Source: an uncultured Phycisphaerales bacterium
GTDB lineage: Bacteria > Planctomycetota > Phycisphaerae > Sedimentisphaerales > Anaerobacaceae
Assembly: GCA_963772725.1 (NCBI GenBank)
Contig: CAVYYI010000005.1
Span: 32,001 to 96,000 of the forward strand
DNA length: 64,000 bases
Reading direction: 5' to 3'
This document shows, piece after piece, positions 46,911 to 57,287 of the stretch. A program made the translations under genes and the position numbers. Each line of letters begins with the position of its first letter. Position 1 is the first letter of the stretch. Under the pieces are notes generated by a model. That model saw nothing but the letters and a program-made list of their open reading frames with translations, had not been told where the DNA came from and searched no databases.

Positions 46911-47434
46911 AACACCGAATCCCCCATCTTTTCTGCAGACGGTTCCAACCATTGACGCAGCTTATTTTTCGCACGATGTAGTATAGCCCCCGCCGTTCCT
47001 GTCTTAATTCCAAGCTCCTTGCCAATCCTGTGGTAACTCATGTTGCTCAGATGCCGCAGGCAAAAAACCTCGGCTTCCTGCGCCGGCAATTTTGCTATCG
47101 CCTCTCGCAGCGAGACAGCCAGTTCCTGTCTCTGCAACTGATTATCCGGACTGGGGTTATCACTTTCAATAGAAGATATATCTGTAGATGATGAATTACG
47201 ATGCGAATAGGTATTTCGCTGCCGCAGACGGTCTATTGCCCGCATGGTGGCCAATCGAATCAACAGCGCAGAAAAATTGCGCACTCGCTGGCGCTTCGCA
47301 ACTTCCAAGGCACTGGCAAATGTTTCCTGGAAGCAATCCGCTGCATCGTCCTGATTATTCAGCAATCTGTAAACGGTACGCCAGACAACAGTGCCATAAC
47401 TGTTGACTATTTTTTCCCAGTCCGTTATCTGCAA
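46907..47434 (-). CDS. ECF sigma-70 factor
   Basis: Region 2 DAADCFQETF and region 4 LP..EAEVFCLR...SY..IG.ELG...LHRAKNKL. Confidence 0.9.
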   Translation of the reverse strand: MQITDWEKIVNSYGTVVWRTVYRLLNNQDDAADCFQETFASALEVAKRQRVRNFSALLIRLATMRAIDRLRQRNTYSHRNSSSTDISSIESDNPSPDNQLQRQELAVSLREAIAKLPAQEAEVFCLRHLSNMSYHRIGKELGIKTGTAGAILHRAKNKLRQWLEPSAEKMGDSVL

Positions 47435-47643
47435 ACAGCGTTCCTCATAAAATTTTATGTCGCTAATACAATAGTCGAAAAAGACTTACATTTATTACAA
47501 AAAAAAAGAAAAAATTTTCTTGCAAAGAAATCCGACGCGCGTCAAAATGATACCGTTTTATAGTAAAAGTGTTTTTCAGGAAGAAGAGCAAAAAAATGCT
47601 GACTGAAGGCGGGGCATGATTCGCCGAGTTACGGAGGCTGTTA

Positions 47644-48348
47644 ATGACTGGTAAGTTGAAATATGTTTGTGTTGTTTTTTTAGTTTTTACATTCTTGTTG
47701 CTGAGCGGCTGTGACTCATCCGCACAGAATGGAAAAAATGCGATACCTAAGGACATTAAGGTTAAAAATACGCCTGCGGAAAAAGAGAAGGCAAAACTCC
47801 TCAGAGAGATAGACTTCAACTATGAGAATCCCGAGCCTCACTACAAGCTCGGAAAACTTTATGCTTCCCAGGGTATGTGGACTGAAGCGGAAAATCAATA
47901 TAGCTTAACCCTGACTTTCGACCCTGTTCACAGGGAAGCACAGGCCGGACAGATTAAATCCCTCCTGCAGATGGGCGATAAGGAAAAATCCGGAATTTTA
48001 GCCGACCACTACATAAATCAGGCATCGAGTCAAGCCTTGCCCTCGTTCAAGCTTGCACTGGCTTTTCAGCAGGAGCAATTGGATAATTATGCCCTGACCT
48101 GTTATCAAAATGCCCTTCGTCTGGCGCCAAATTCTGCTATGATTAACAGACAGTTGGGTTATTACTATCTCAACAAAAACCAGCCCGCTCAGGCCAAAGA
48201 CTATTTCATAAGAAGCTTTTCGATAGACTCGTATCAGCCGGATATAGCACGTGAGCTTGGGAAAATGGGTGTAACCGTAAGTGTCCCCAGAACGCCGCGG
48301 AAAAGCAGCAAAGAAGTGGACACTATGGCTGAACAGAAAGTAAAGTAG
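47644..48348 (+). CDS. TPR lipoprotein
   Basis: Lipobox LSGC and TPR patterns (HYKLG.LY, RQLGYYY). Confidence 0.8.
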   Translation: MTGKLKYVCVVFLVFTFLLLSGCDSSAQNGKNAIPKDIKVKNTPAEKEKAKLLREIDFNYENPEPHYKLGKLYASQGMWTEAENQYSLTLTFDPVHREAQAGQIKSLLQMGDKEKSGILADHYINQASSQALPSFKLALAFQQEQLDNYALTCYQNALRLAPNSAMINRQLGYYYLNKNQPAQAKDYFIRSFSIDSYQPDIARELGKMGVTVSVPRTPRKSSKEVDTMAEQKVK

Positions 48349-48375
48349 TAAGACTATGTGATACGGTTTTCTATA

Positions 48376-48411
48376 GCCCTGTGGCGAACGGATGCGCCGC
48401 GGGGTTTTTTT
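48376..48411 (+). terminator. Intrinsic terminator
   Basis: Stem CCCTGTGGCG/CGCCGCGGGG followed by T7. Confidence 0.75.
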
Positions 48412-48426
48412 ATGTTAGGAGAAATA

Positions 48427-49312
48427 ATGATGTCGATACAGAAAATGATAATCGCATTAGTGACCATAATTATGTTCTCATCTTCTTGTGCCAGGGAAAA
48501 CGAAAAGTCAGGGGACAAAAAATTATCTCAGGTCAATAATGGCCAGTGGAAACTCGCGGTGCAGGCTTTTAGTTTTAGAAAATTCACTTTTTTCGAAGCG
48601 GTCGATAAAACCGCGGCTTTGGGCGTCAAATACATAGAGGCGTATCCCGGCCAGGTTATATCCAAAGAAAAACCCGATATTAAATTCACACCCGATATTT
48701 CCGCCGATGTAAGAGCGGAGATTAAAAAGAAACTGGCACAGTCCGGTGTGAAACTGATTAATTACGGCGTGTTCGGTTTGCCCGGCGACGAGGCAAAATG
48801 CCGCCAGGCCTTTGAGTTCGCAAAGGATATGGGTATCGAGACAATAGTTTCCGAGCCGAACGAAAAATCCCTCGAGACGATAGACAAATTGTGTCAGGAG
48901 TATAAAATTAAAGTCGCAATCCATAATCATCCAAAGCCCTCACACTACTGGAATCCCGACACAATACTGACAGCCTGTAAAGGACGCAGCAAATGGATAG
49001 GCGCCTGCCGATACCGGACATTGGATGCGCTCCGGCATTAATCCATTGGATGCGCTGCGGAAACTACAGGGCAAAATTATTTGTGTGCATTTTAAGGATT
49101 TAAATGAATTTGGCGTCAAAAATGCCCACGATGTCCCCTGGGGTACAGGCAAAGCCAACGCCCAAACGCTCCTTGCGGAACTTAGCCGCCAGAATTTTGC
49201 CGGGACGTTCTCAATAGAGTACGAATATAATTGGGAGGATTCGATGCCGGAAATCAGCAAATGCGTCGAATTTTTCGGAAAACAGGCCGCCGAACTCGGA
49301 AAAATTCATTAA
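48427..49312 (+). CDS. Sugar phosphate isomerase/epimerase (xylose-isomerase-like TIM barrel), exported (frameshift near 49010)
   Basis: Motifs IEAYP, AIHNH, DTGHW (after correction), HFKD and SIEYE. Confidence 0.82.
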
Positions 49313-49480
49313 AAACAGCGGAAAAACCTTTGCGAAAATTTGTGCTTTGACACACGGATGAATTATATTGAAACAAACCCTTTTCGCGCGTAAAATCACT
49401 TCTGTTGAAATATTTACCCTTAGCGGTTCGTCTATGTTCCGGATGGAAACATAGAAGATAAAATTTTTAAGGAAGTCCCG

Positions 49481-50278
49481 ATGAAATCTAAACTTATAGT
49501 TTGCGGTGCGGCAGGCAGGATGGGTAAAAGAATAGTTTCGCTGGCCATAGAAAGCGGAAAATTCGATATTATCGCGGCGGTCGAGAATAAGGATCATCCC
49601 GATACCGCCAAAGACGCCGGCCTTGTCGCGGGAATAAATCCCCTCGGTGTGAAAATCGACAGCAGCTTTGCTCGCGGTGCCGATGCTGTTATAGATTTTT
49701 CGCAACCTGATGCCGCTGAAACAACAATTGATTACTGCGTGAAAAATAATAGTTCTTTGGTTCTGGGAACTACCGGCCTGAATGAGACGCATCATAAAAA
49801 GATTAAGACCGCCTCAGCGAAAATTCCCGTTATATATGGAACTAATATGAGTATCGGAATGAATGTCTTATTCGCGATGGTTGGCAAATTCGCCGCGATG
49901 TTAGGTGAAGATTACGACATCGAAATCATCGAGCAGCACCACCGCTTCAAAAAAGACGCCCCCAGCGGTTCAGCGATGAGCCTCGCAGAAAATATCTGCA
50001 AGGCCACAGGCAGAGATTTCCCCGGCTGTATTGTCAACGGCAGAAGCGGAAAAGATGCTCTACGAAAAAAAGGCACTATCGGAATGCATGCTGTCAGAGC
50101 GGGCGACATAATCGGCATACACTCGGTTATTTTCAGCTCACTGGGCGAAACCGTAATGCTCAATCATAACGCAAGCAGCAGAGATACTTTTGTCGCTGGG
50201 GCCTTGCGGGCTGCACAATGGCTTGTCGGTAAAAAACCCGGACTCTACTCTATGGCCGATGTCCTCGGAATTAAATAA
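49481..50278 (+). CDS. dapB: 4-hydroxy-tetrahydrodipicolinate reductase
   Basis: Motifs GAAGRMG, GTTG and EQHHRFKKDAPSG. Confidence 0.95.
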   Translation: MKSKLIVCGAAGRMGKRIVSLAIESGKFDIIAAVENKDHPDTAKDAGLVAGINPLGVKIDSSFARGADAVIDFSQPDAAETTIDYCVKNNSSLVLGTTGLNETHHKKIKTASAKIPVIYGTNMSIGMNVLFAMVGKFAAMLGEDYDIEIIEQHHRFKKDAPSGSAMSLAENICKATGRDFPGCIVNGRSGKDALRKKGTIGMHAVRAGDIIGIHSVIFSSLGETVMLNHNASSRDTFVAGALRAAQWLVGKKPGLYSMADVLGIK

Positions 50279-50297
50279 CTTTTGAAAAAGAAAAAAC

Positions 50298-51779
50298 ATG
50301 AAACATTATAGAATTACCAAAAAGATTACCGTTTTAGCGATAGTTTTTATGGTCTGTTTAACTTATTCCCTGTCATTTGCGGAAGTTAAACCAGCCGCCA
50401 TTTTCTCCGACCACATGGTTCTCCAGCGTGATATGGCTGTTCCAATCTGGGGTACCGCCCAGCCGGGCGAAGAAGTAACTGTCAGCTTCGCGGGGCAAAC
50501 AGAAAAAACAAAAGCCGACAGTACAGGCAAATGGATGATTAAACTTAAACCCTTGAAAGTCGGTCACGCTCAGGAAATGACCGTCTCAGGCGAAAACACA
50601 GTCAAATTCACCGATGTTCTTGTCGGCGAAGTCTGGCTCTGTTCAGGACAATCCAACATGGCTCTCAAAGTCGGCTTTGTTATGAACGCTAAACAGGAAA
50701 TAGAAGTCGCGAACTATCCGAACATACGCTTCAACTCAGGCCCCGGCTGGCAGCCGTGCAATCCCGAAACAGTAAGAGACTTCTCCGCAGCGGGATATTT
50801 TTTCGGCAGAGAACTTTATAAAAATCTCAACGTCCCCATCGGCCTTATCAACCGCTCACACGGCGGAACACCTATCGAAAAATGGACACCCAGAGAAACT
50901 TTACTTAAAACTAAATATGTCAAAGAGATGTTTCAGAAACTGCCCAATACGCAGCCGGATGAAGATGAACAGGAACCGCAGGAAAATGCCGATAATGCTA
51001 AAGACGAAAATAATAAAAAAACCAATAAGGATGAAGTTTCCACTGTAAAATATTATCAGAGCTTATTCAGCACTTTGTATGTTAAAAATATCCAACCGCT
51101 GATTCCTTATGCCATTCGCGGAACCATCTGGTACCAGGGCGAAACAAATGCCTCATATCTTGGCGGCTCTCTCGGTTATCGCGAACTCTTCCCCGGTATG
51201 ATTAACGCCTGGCGAAAAGCCTGGGGACAAGGCGATTTCCCCTTCCTTTACGTCCAGCTTCCAAACTGGAAAGGCGGGAATAACTGGCCTTTAATGCGTG
51301 AATCAATGCTAAAAACCCTTGCAACTCCAAACACCGGGATGGCTGTTACCATTGATATTGGAAACAGTCTTCATCCCGCAAACAAACAGGATGTCGGAAA
51401 ACGTCTCTCGCTATGGGCGCTCAAAACCGCCTATGGCAAAGACATTGTTGCCTCCGGACCTCTCTACAAATCCATGGAAATCAAAGATGGCAAAATCATC
51501 CTCAGATTTGACAGCATCGGCACCGGCCTGGTCGCGAAAAACGGCGAACTCACTTCTTTCGCAATCGCAGGAGATAATAAAGATTTCAAACCCGCCACAG
51601 CAAAAATCGAAGGCGATAAAATTATCGTCTGGAGCGATAGCGTTACAAAACCTGTCGCCATCCGTTACGCATGGGAAAATAATCCCAAAGCTAACCTGTA
51701 TAATAAAGAAAATCTCCCCGCTTCACCTTTCAGAACAGACTCATGGGAAGTTTTTGAAGTAAAACGCATGGGTAAATAA
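50298..51779 (+). CDS. Sialate O-acetylesterase (SASA family)
   Basis: Motifs MVLQR, GEVWLCSGQSNM, WYQGE and HP.NK. Confidence 0.9.
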   Translation: MKHYRITKKITVLAIVFMVCLTYSLSFAEVKPAAIFSDHMVLQRDMAVPIWGTAQPGEEVTVSFAGQTEKTKADSTGKWMIKLKPLKVGHAQEMTVSGENTVKFTDVLVGEVWLCSGQSNMALKVGFVMNAKQEIEVANYPNIRFNSGPGWQPCNPETVRDFSAAGYFFGRELYKNLNVPIGLINRSHGGTPIEKWTPRETLLKTKYVKEMFQKLPNTQPDEDEQEPQENADNAKDENNKKTNKDEVSTVKYYQSLFSTLYVKNIQPLIPYAIRGTIWYQGETNASYLGGSLGYRELFPGMINAWRKAWGQGDFPFLYVQLPNWKGGNNWPLMRESMLKTLATPNTGMAVTIDIGNSLHPANKQDVGKRLSLWALKTAYGKDIVASGPLYKSMEIKDGKIILRFDSIGTGLVAKNGELTSFAIAGDNKDFKPATAKIEGDKIIVWSDSVTKPVAIRYAWENNPKANLYNKENLPASPFRTDSWEVFEVKRMGK

Positions 51780-51803
51780 TCACCAGATTTATCTGGTGGT
51801 CAT

Positions 51804-52301
51804 TTATTTCTTCATCAGCGAATCAATCGCCTTAACAAGCTCATCCGGCTTTTGCGAACCGATAAGCAGTTTTTTCCCGCTTTTCAAAATAAGCTGCACA
51901 CCCTTATTGCCGCGAAGGTTATACGCCTTGCCGCTGCCTAATCCATACCGTATCCCCCATCCGCCATATTCTAAAATTGGCCGATAAATTCTGGAATAAT
52001 AATGCGTCAAATCCTCCGCCGAAAATTTTATAAACCGAATATGAAGCGGAAACATCCGCACATACAACCCTTCAGAACAGACCTTCGTCTCAAGTTTGAC
52101 AATAAAAAACAAAATCGCAACTGCCAAAGATATAACAATTCCAACCGTCAAACCAATATACAAAGAAGCTGCCTGTTCACCCCCAAGCATTGCATACGGC
52201 AAAATACAAGTAAAACAAATAACATCGAACACCAAAAATAACCGCAGCCACAGTGGAAATTTCTGCGCCTCATAAAATATTTTATCCTCGCCTGTTTCCA
52301 T
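51804..52301 (-). CDS. DUF6141-like membrane protein
   Basis: Motifs YRPILEYGGWGIR and LLIGSQKP. Confidence 0.7.
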   Translation of the reverse strand: METGEDKIFYEAQKFPLWLRLFLVFDVICFTCILPYAMLGGEQAASLYIGLTVGIVISLAVAILFFIVKLETKVCSEGLYVRMFPLHIRFIKFSAEDLTHYYSRIYRPILEYGGWGIRYGLGSGKAYNLRGNKGVQLILKSGKKLLIGSQKPDELVKAIDSLMKK

Positions 52302-52310
52302 TTTACCCCC

Positions 52311-53147
52311 TTACGGCTTACACTGCCTGCACGGTTTTTTACCGTCTTTCATAGCATCCTCTCTTGTCGCATATTTAACAAGATTTTGTTCGAGAATTCT
52401 TTTTGTTATAGGACAATCCGCTTTATGGAATATCGTGCTGTTCTTTGAAGCCGAATATTCATATTGCGTGTTCGTCGGAGCGGCATTCGGCTCACTGCTT
52501 GCGGCCTTGACCGATGAAGAGGCCGCTGCTGAAGAAGTTTCTTTTTTGGGCTTAGGCTCTTCTTCATGAGCGACTTTTTTGTTCACCTTGTTATATACGG
52601 TGATGAAACTTTCAACCTGCGATATCACCATATCTACAACAAATTGATTCGCGTTTTCCTCTGGTCCAGTCTCAACCGTCCCAGCCGCCATCCAGACATC
52701 ATACTGAGTATCTTCCCGTGTTTGCCCGTACAAAATAATCGTTACAGCCACCGAACTCTGAACACGAAACATATAATCCCCCGTTGCCAGCCGGTACATA
52801 CCAATAGACACCTTATATTGTGGTATGGCTTGACTTGCGAACGGTATCGCGATTTGCCCCGCCTCAATGACTTTAAATCCCGACTTTTCAAGCCTTGCCG
52901 AAATGGTTGCCCCTATCTCATTAAGCATCACTTTAAATCTGTTGTTTGACAGACTTTCAGGATAGTCGGGTATGATAAAAACATTAAATTCCCTTATCCC
53001 ATTGAGAAACGAATTTAGCTTGGGAGTCATAGTTTTCTGTTCCGCCGACATCGCGGGAACTAATAGCATGCCCGTTAAAACTAATACACATAAAAAAGAC
53101 TTCTTAAATCCCATTTTCAACCTTCCTTTCAACCCTGATTTTTCCAT
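52311..53147 (-). CDS. Exported hypothetical protein with C-terminal Ada-like metal-binding domain
   Basis: Signal peptide; C-terminal FH..DC...PCRQCKP; the start may be 53114. Confidence 0.7.
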   Translation of the reverse strand: MEKSGLKGRLKMGFKKSFLCVLVLTGMLLVPAMSAEQKTMTPKLNSFLNGIREFNVFIIPDYPESLSNNRFKVMLNEIGATISARLEKSGFKVIEAGQIAIPFASQAIPQYKVSIGMYRLATGDYMFRVQSSVAVTIILYGQTREDTQYDVWMAAGTVETGPEENANQFVVDMVISQVESFITVYNKVNKKVAHEEEPKPKKETSSAAASSSVKAASSEPNAAPTNTQYEYSASKNSTIFHKADCPITKRILEQNLVKYATREDAMKDGKKPCRQCKP

Positions 53148-53456
53148 TTATGCTATAAGCGCAAAGGCATCCGTTACAGCCATTCCAACATTAATCCCAA
53201 GCGATTTGGCCTTTGCGTTAACCTTCATAATTTTGCGATTGGGAAACCGCTCCAGCGTTCCGATGGGATTATCTGGAGAACTTTCCACCAAGGCCGCCGC
53301 CACCCCATACCTCTCGCACACCTCTATATCCACCACCGGACAAGCCAGGAAACCCTTCGTACCAGCCACTATCAAAATATTAAATCCCGGCCACTTCGTC
53401 TGCACCCCTTCCACCAACCCATTGGCCGTCTGATACGTCCGTGTATATATCTCCAT
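53148..53456 (-). CDS. YunC/DUF1805-like protein
   Basis: Motifs KGFLAC and VNAKAKSLGINVGM...DA. Confidence 0.7.
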   Translation of the reverse strand: MEIYTRTYQTANGLVEGVQTKWPGFNILIVAGTKGFLACPVVDIEVCERYGVAAALVESSPDNPIGTLERFPNRKIMKVNAKAKSLGINVGMAVTDAFALIA

Positions 53457-53526
53457 CGCAATTCCCCTTGAAACAATATTATAAATAACTCTGCGTTCTC
53501 CGCGACCTCTGCGGTAAAACAAAATT

Positions 53527-54903
53527 TCAATGCTCCGCTGGTTTACCGAGCATCTCTTCAATTTCCGTGATTTTCTGCTTGAGCAAATCCGCGGTCTTGG
53601 CCTCGACATTCAATCTCAAAAATGGCTCGGTATTACTCGGCCGGCAGTTAAACCACCATTCCTTAAACCGAATCGTTATGCCATCGAGGTAATCTATCTC
53701 GCCCTGCCGATATTTTTTCCCCAACTCCTTCATCATTGCGTCTTTGTTCTCGACCTTGAAATTCACCTCGCCGCTGCTGAAATATCTACGCAATGGCTTA
53801 ACTATCTCGCTCATCGGCACATTCGCGTCGCTGACAATATTTAACATGTGTACCATCGTTATCAGTCCCGAATCCGCGTAATAATTGTCCGCATAATAAA
53901 AATGCCCGGAAAGCTCCCCTCCGAACACCGCGTGCGAATCCCGCAGCGCCTTTTTCATAAACGCATGCCCCACTCGCTCCCGCCGCGGCGTCCCGCCATT
54001 TTTAATAATCTCCTCCGGCACAACCAGGCTGCTCCGCAAATCATACACAACCGTCGATTTCGGTTTGATTTTCAGAAAATACGGCACCATCATCGCCGTC
54101 ATCAAATCGCACCCGATATTCTGACCCTTCTCATCTACCATTATCAGCCTGTCCGCGTCCCCATCGAAGCAAATACCAAAATCGCATTTGTTCTTCTTCA
54201 CAACCCCTTTAAGTTCCACCAGGCTCCCTTCTATAAGCGGATTCGGGTCATGCTTGAACGTCCCGTTATGCTCAAAGTTCAGCGGCAGTATCTCTATCGG
54301 CAGATCGCCGAAAATAATTGGCACCATCTTTCCCGCCATCCCGTTCGATGCATCAATGGCTATCTTCAGCGGGCGGATTTTCGGCTTGAGAAATTTCAAA
54401 ACATGATTCTTATATTCCGCTGTCAAATCCCGCTCCTCAACCGATCCGCTGATATTGCCCTTCGTGTGAAGCAGCGCCATCGCGATATGCTCAATATTTT
54501 TCAAGCCCGTATCAACCCCCACCGGCTTAGCCTGTATCCCCGAAATCTTAAACCCGTTATACTTCGCTGGGTTATGCGACGCCGTTACCTGCACCCCCCC
54601 GCAAGTCCCAAGATAATTAATCGCGAAATACATCTGCGGCGTATCTATCATTCCTATATCTATCACCTTGGCGCCGGTGGAGTTCATCCCCTCAATCAGC
54701 GACTTGGTCAGCGATTCGCCGTGCGGCCTCATATCCCGACCCACGCATATCAGATGTGCGTTAGCCTGCCCCCGCTGGTAGCCGCTCAGCATCGAGCGAA
54801 GAAACTGTGCACTGGCGTAACCTATCTTCCAGGCGTCTTCCTCATTAAACTGCTCCCCGTAAACGCCTCTTATATCATAAGCCTTAAATATCGCAGGGTC
54901 CAT
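53527..54903 (-). CDS. Phosphomannomutase/phosphoglucomutase
   Basis: Motifs FKAYDIRG, TASHNP, FDGDADR, GELSGH and RPSNTEP. Confidence 0.93.
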   Translation of the reverse strand: MDPAIFKAYDIRGVYGEQFNEEDAWKIGYASAQFLRSMLSGYQRGQANAHLICVGRDMRPHGESLTKSLIEGMNSTGAKVIDIGMIDTPQMYFAINYLGTCGGVQVTASHNPAKYNGFKISGIQAKPVGVDTGLKNIEHIAMALLHTKGNISGSVEERDLTAEYKNHVLKFLKPKIRPLKIAIDASNGMAGKMVPIIFGDLPIEILPLNFEHNGTFKHDPNPLIEGSLVELKGVVKKNKCDFGICFDGDADRLIMVDEKGQNIGCDLMTAMMVPYFLKIKPKSTVVYDLRSSLVVPEEIIKNGGTPRRERVGHAFMKKALRDSHAVFGGELSGHFYYADNYYADSGLITMVHMLNIVSDANVPMSEIVKPLRRYFSSGEVNFKVENKDAMMKELGKKYRQGEIDYLDGITIRFKEWWFNCRPSNTEPFLRLNVEAKTADLLKQKITEIEEMLGKPAEH

Positions 54904-55171
54904 AAATGTTTCCTTTGTTTTTCTACAGTAAATTTCTCATGTTATTCTTCAATACTATACACCTTTTTCCCTGAAATTGTCAACAAAACATCTAAACCAC
55001 ATAGTTAGCCTGCCGATTCATTCGGCAGATTGTTTAACCGATACGTTTAGCTCCGATAAATACCCCTTTATCAGTACCAAAAACCACTGTCCTGGAAATA
55101 AATACCAAATATTCAGCCAAAAACTCTCACGCGGATTATTTCTCCACCCGCAAATTGCCGAAAATAATTTA

Positions 55172-55200
55172 TTGACACAACGCCGCTTTCATAGTAAAAT
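55172..55200 (+). promoter_or_regulatory. Near-consensus sigma70 promoter upstream of the ilvB leader
   Basis: TTGACA-17 nt-TAAAAT. Confidence 0.8.
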
Positions 55201-55204
55201 CGCG

Positions 55205-55441
55205 TTGTATTTGTGTAACGAAGCACAAATGCAAACCTGAGAGACCCCAGGTGTAGGGTCGTTACGGGATTACAGCTTGGTTCTTACCTTCGCAATGTCT
55301 GGCCGCCTTTTTGGCTAAAGGCGATTAGGCTTTCGGGGCAACCGGCGGCGCTGTAATTGACCGGAATAATTGGATGGCGGACAGCCAACAACGTTGGAAT
55401 ATAAATCCATCGTTAGCGGCTTGAAGCTTGTATTTTTCAGG
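55205..55441 (+). ncRNA. Candidate structured leader or ncRNA upstream of ilvB (family unassigned)
   Basis: Multiple complementary segments including loop-to-downstream pairings; see findings. Confidence 0.5.
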
Positions 55442-55454
55442 AAAGGTAAAAAAA

Positions 55455-57185
55455 ATGTGTCCCAAAGCTCAATCTTCGGCAGAAGTCGCCGAAACCTCCA
55501 CCCTCAAAACAGGCTCCCAGATTATCGTCGATACCCTCATTGAACAGGGCGTCGATACGATGTTCGGTTATCTTGGCGGAGTCGTTCTGCCCCTGTTTGA
55601 CAAACTCTACCAATCCCCAATCAGGGTTATCATCCCGCGCCACGAGCAGGGCGGCTGTCACATGGCAGATGGTTACGCCCGTGCCAGCGGCAAAGTCGGT
55701 GTCATCGCCGTTACCAGCGGCCCAGGCGCCTGCAATATCGTTACAGGCCTGGCCACCGCGATGATGGATTCTGTCCCGCTGGTCGCCATAACAGGCCAGG
55801 TTCGCACCGACCTCATCGGAAATGACGCCTTTCAGGAGGCCGACACCACCGGCATAACTCGCCCGATTACAAAATACAACTGCATCGTCAAGGACGTCAA
55901 AGACCTCGCGCGGACAATCCGCGAGGCGTTTTACATCGCCTCGACTGGCAGGCCAGGTCCCGTTGTCGTAGATATTCCCGTCGATATTTCAGTTGCCAAA
56001 TGCCCGCCCGACACCTCAAAGGAAATGCGCCTGCCCGGTTACCACATCAAAACCGGAGGACACATCAGGCAGATATCCGCCGCTGCGAAAGCGATTAATA
56101 AATCGCAAAAGCCCGTCCTCTATGTTGGCGGCGGTGTCATTATCGCCAACGCCGCAACCGAACTGCGGGCACTTGCCGAAAAGGCCAACATACCAGTTAC
56201 GATGACCCTTCTCGGCCTGGGCAGCTACGACCAGAGCAAACCAGAATCCCTCGATATGCTCGGCATGCACGGTTCCGCCTACGCCAACTACGCCGTTCAG
56301 GACAGCGACCTGCTCATAGCCGTCGGCGCCCGGTTCGACGACAGGGTCACAGGCGATATTAAAACCTTTGCCCCAAATGCGAAGATTATCCATATAGATA
56401 TCGACCCCGCCAGCATATCCAAAAATGTCGGCGTTGATATACCTGTTGTCGGTGACGCAAAGGCCGTTCTCGCACAACTCGCAAAAGAAGTCGAATTCCG
56501 CGACAGGAAGGATTGGTTCGCCAAAATCGCTGAATGGAAAAAGAAATTTCCCTTCAGATACGATAATCATTCGCCGAAAATCAGGCCTCAGCATATTATC
56601 GAGGAAATATGCCGCCAAACCAAAGGCAACGCCATCATCGCTACCGGTGTCGGTCAGCACCAGATGTGGACGGCACAATTTTACAAATTCAGCAGGCCAA
56701 GGCAGTTTATAAGTTCAGGCGGTCTGGGGACAATGGGATTCGGCCTGCCCTCAGCCATCGGCGCACAATTCGCCATGCCCAATGAAACCGTCATCGACAT
56801 TGACGGCGACCACAGCTTCAATATGACACTGTTCGAGCTTCCAACTGCCGTCGAGCATAATCTGCCCATCAAGGTCTGCATCATGAATAACGGCTTTATG
56901 GGTATGCCTCGACAGTGGCAGGAACTTTTCTACGGCAAACGATATTCGTGCAGCAGCCTGAAAAATCCCAATTACGCCGATGTCGCTCGCGCCTTCGGAG
57001 CCGTCGGAATGACCGTCGATAAAAAGGCTGATATTTCCAAGACCATTAAAGCTATGCTCGCGGAAACCAGACCGTGCGTCGTTGATTTCAGAATCGAACC
57101 CGAAGAAAACGTCTGGCCTATGGTCCCTGCCGGCAAGAGCCTTAACGATATGAACGGCCTGGATATTCTTGAAAGTATGGCCTAA
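55455..57185 (+). CDS. ilvB: Acetolactate synthase large subunit
   Basis: Motifs RHEQG, TSGPG, DAFQE, GARFDDRVTG, SGGLGTMG and DGD..F.M. Confidence 0.95.
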   Translation: MCPKAQSSAEVAETSTLKTGSQIIVDTLIEQGVDTMFGYLGGVVLPLFDKLYQSPIRVIIPRHEQGGCHMADGYARASGKVGVIAVTSGPGACNIVTGLATAMMDSVPLVAITGQVRTDLIGNDAFQEADTTGITRPITKYNCIVKDVKDLARTIREAFYIASTGRPGPVVVDIPVDISVAKCPPDTSKEMRLPGYHIKTGGHIRQISAAAKAINKSQKPVLYVGGGVIIANAATELRALAEKANIPVTMTLLGLGSYDQSKPESLDMLGMHGSAYANYAVQDSDLLIAVGARFDDRVTGDIKTFAPNAKIIHIDIDPASISKNVGVDIPVVGDAKAVLAQLAKEVEFRDRKDWFAKIAEWKKKFPFRYDNHSPKIRPQHIIEEICRQTKGNAIIATGVGQHQMWTAQFYKFSRPRQFISSGGLGTMGFGLPSAIGAQFAMPNETVIDIDGDHSFNMTLFELPTAVEHNLPIKVCIMNNGFMGMPRQWQELFYGKRYSCSSLKNPNYADVARAFGAVGMTVDKKADISKTIKAMLAETRPCVVDFRIEPEENVWPMVPAGKSLNDMNGLDILESMA

Positions 57186-57203
57186 CTGAATTAACCTATT
57201 CTT

Positions 57204-57264
57204 CTGTCATACCTGCGAAAGCAGGTATCCGGAATTTTTAAGCTTTAAACTTTAAGTTTTAAGT
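57204..57264. repeat. REP-like half element plus four heptamer repeats between ilvB and ilvN
   Basis: CTGTCATACCTGCGAAAGCAGGTATCC followed by TTTAAGC TTTAAAC TTTAAGT TTTAAGT. Confidence 0.7.
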
Positions 57265-57287
57265 TTTTATGAAAAGTGAGATATACT

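Noticed and set aside
53848..55008. 386-aa + strand ORF
   Set aside because: It is an antisense shadow of the phosphomannomutase. Its His/Pro/Arg-rich composition is explained by codon bias.
55229..55423. Attenuator leader peptide for ilvB
   Set aside because: The short ORFs (MQT, MSGRLFG, MADSQQRWNINPSLAA) have no Ile/Leu/Val runs, and no clear U-tailed terminator was seen.
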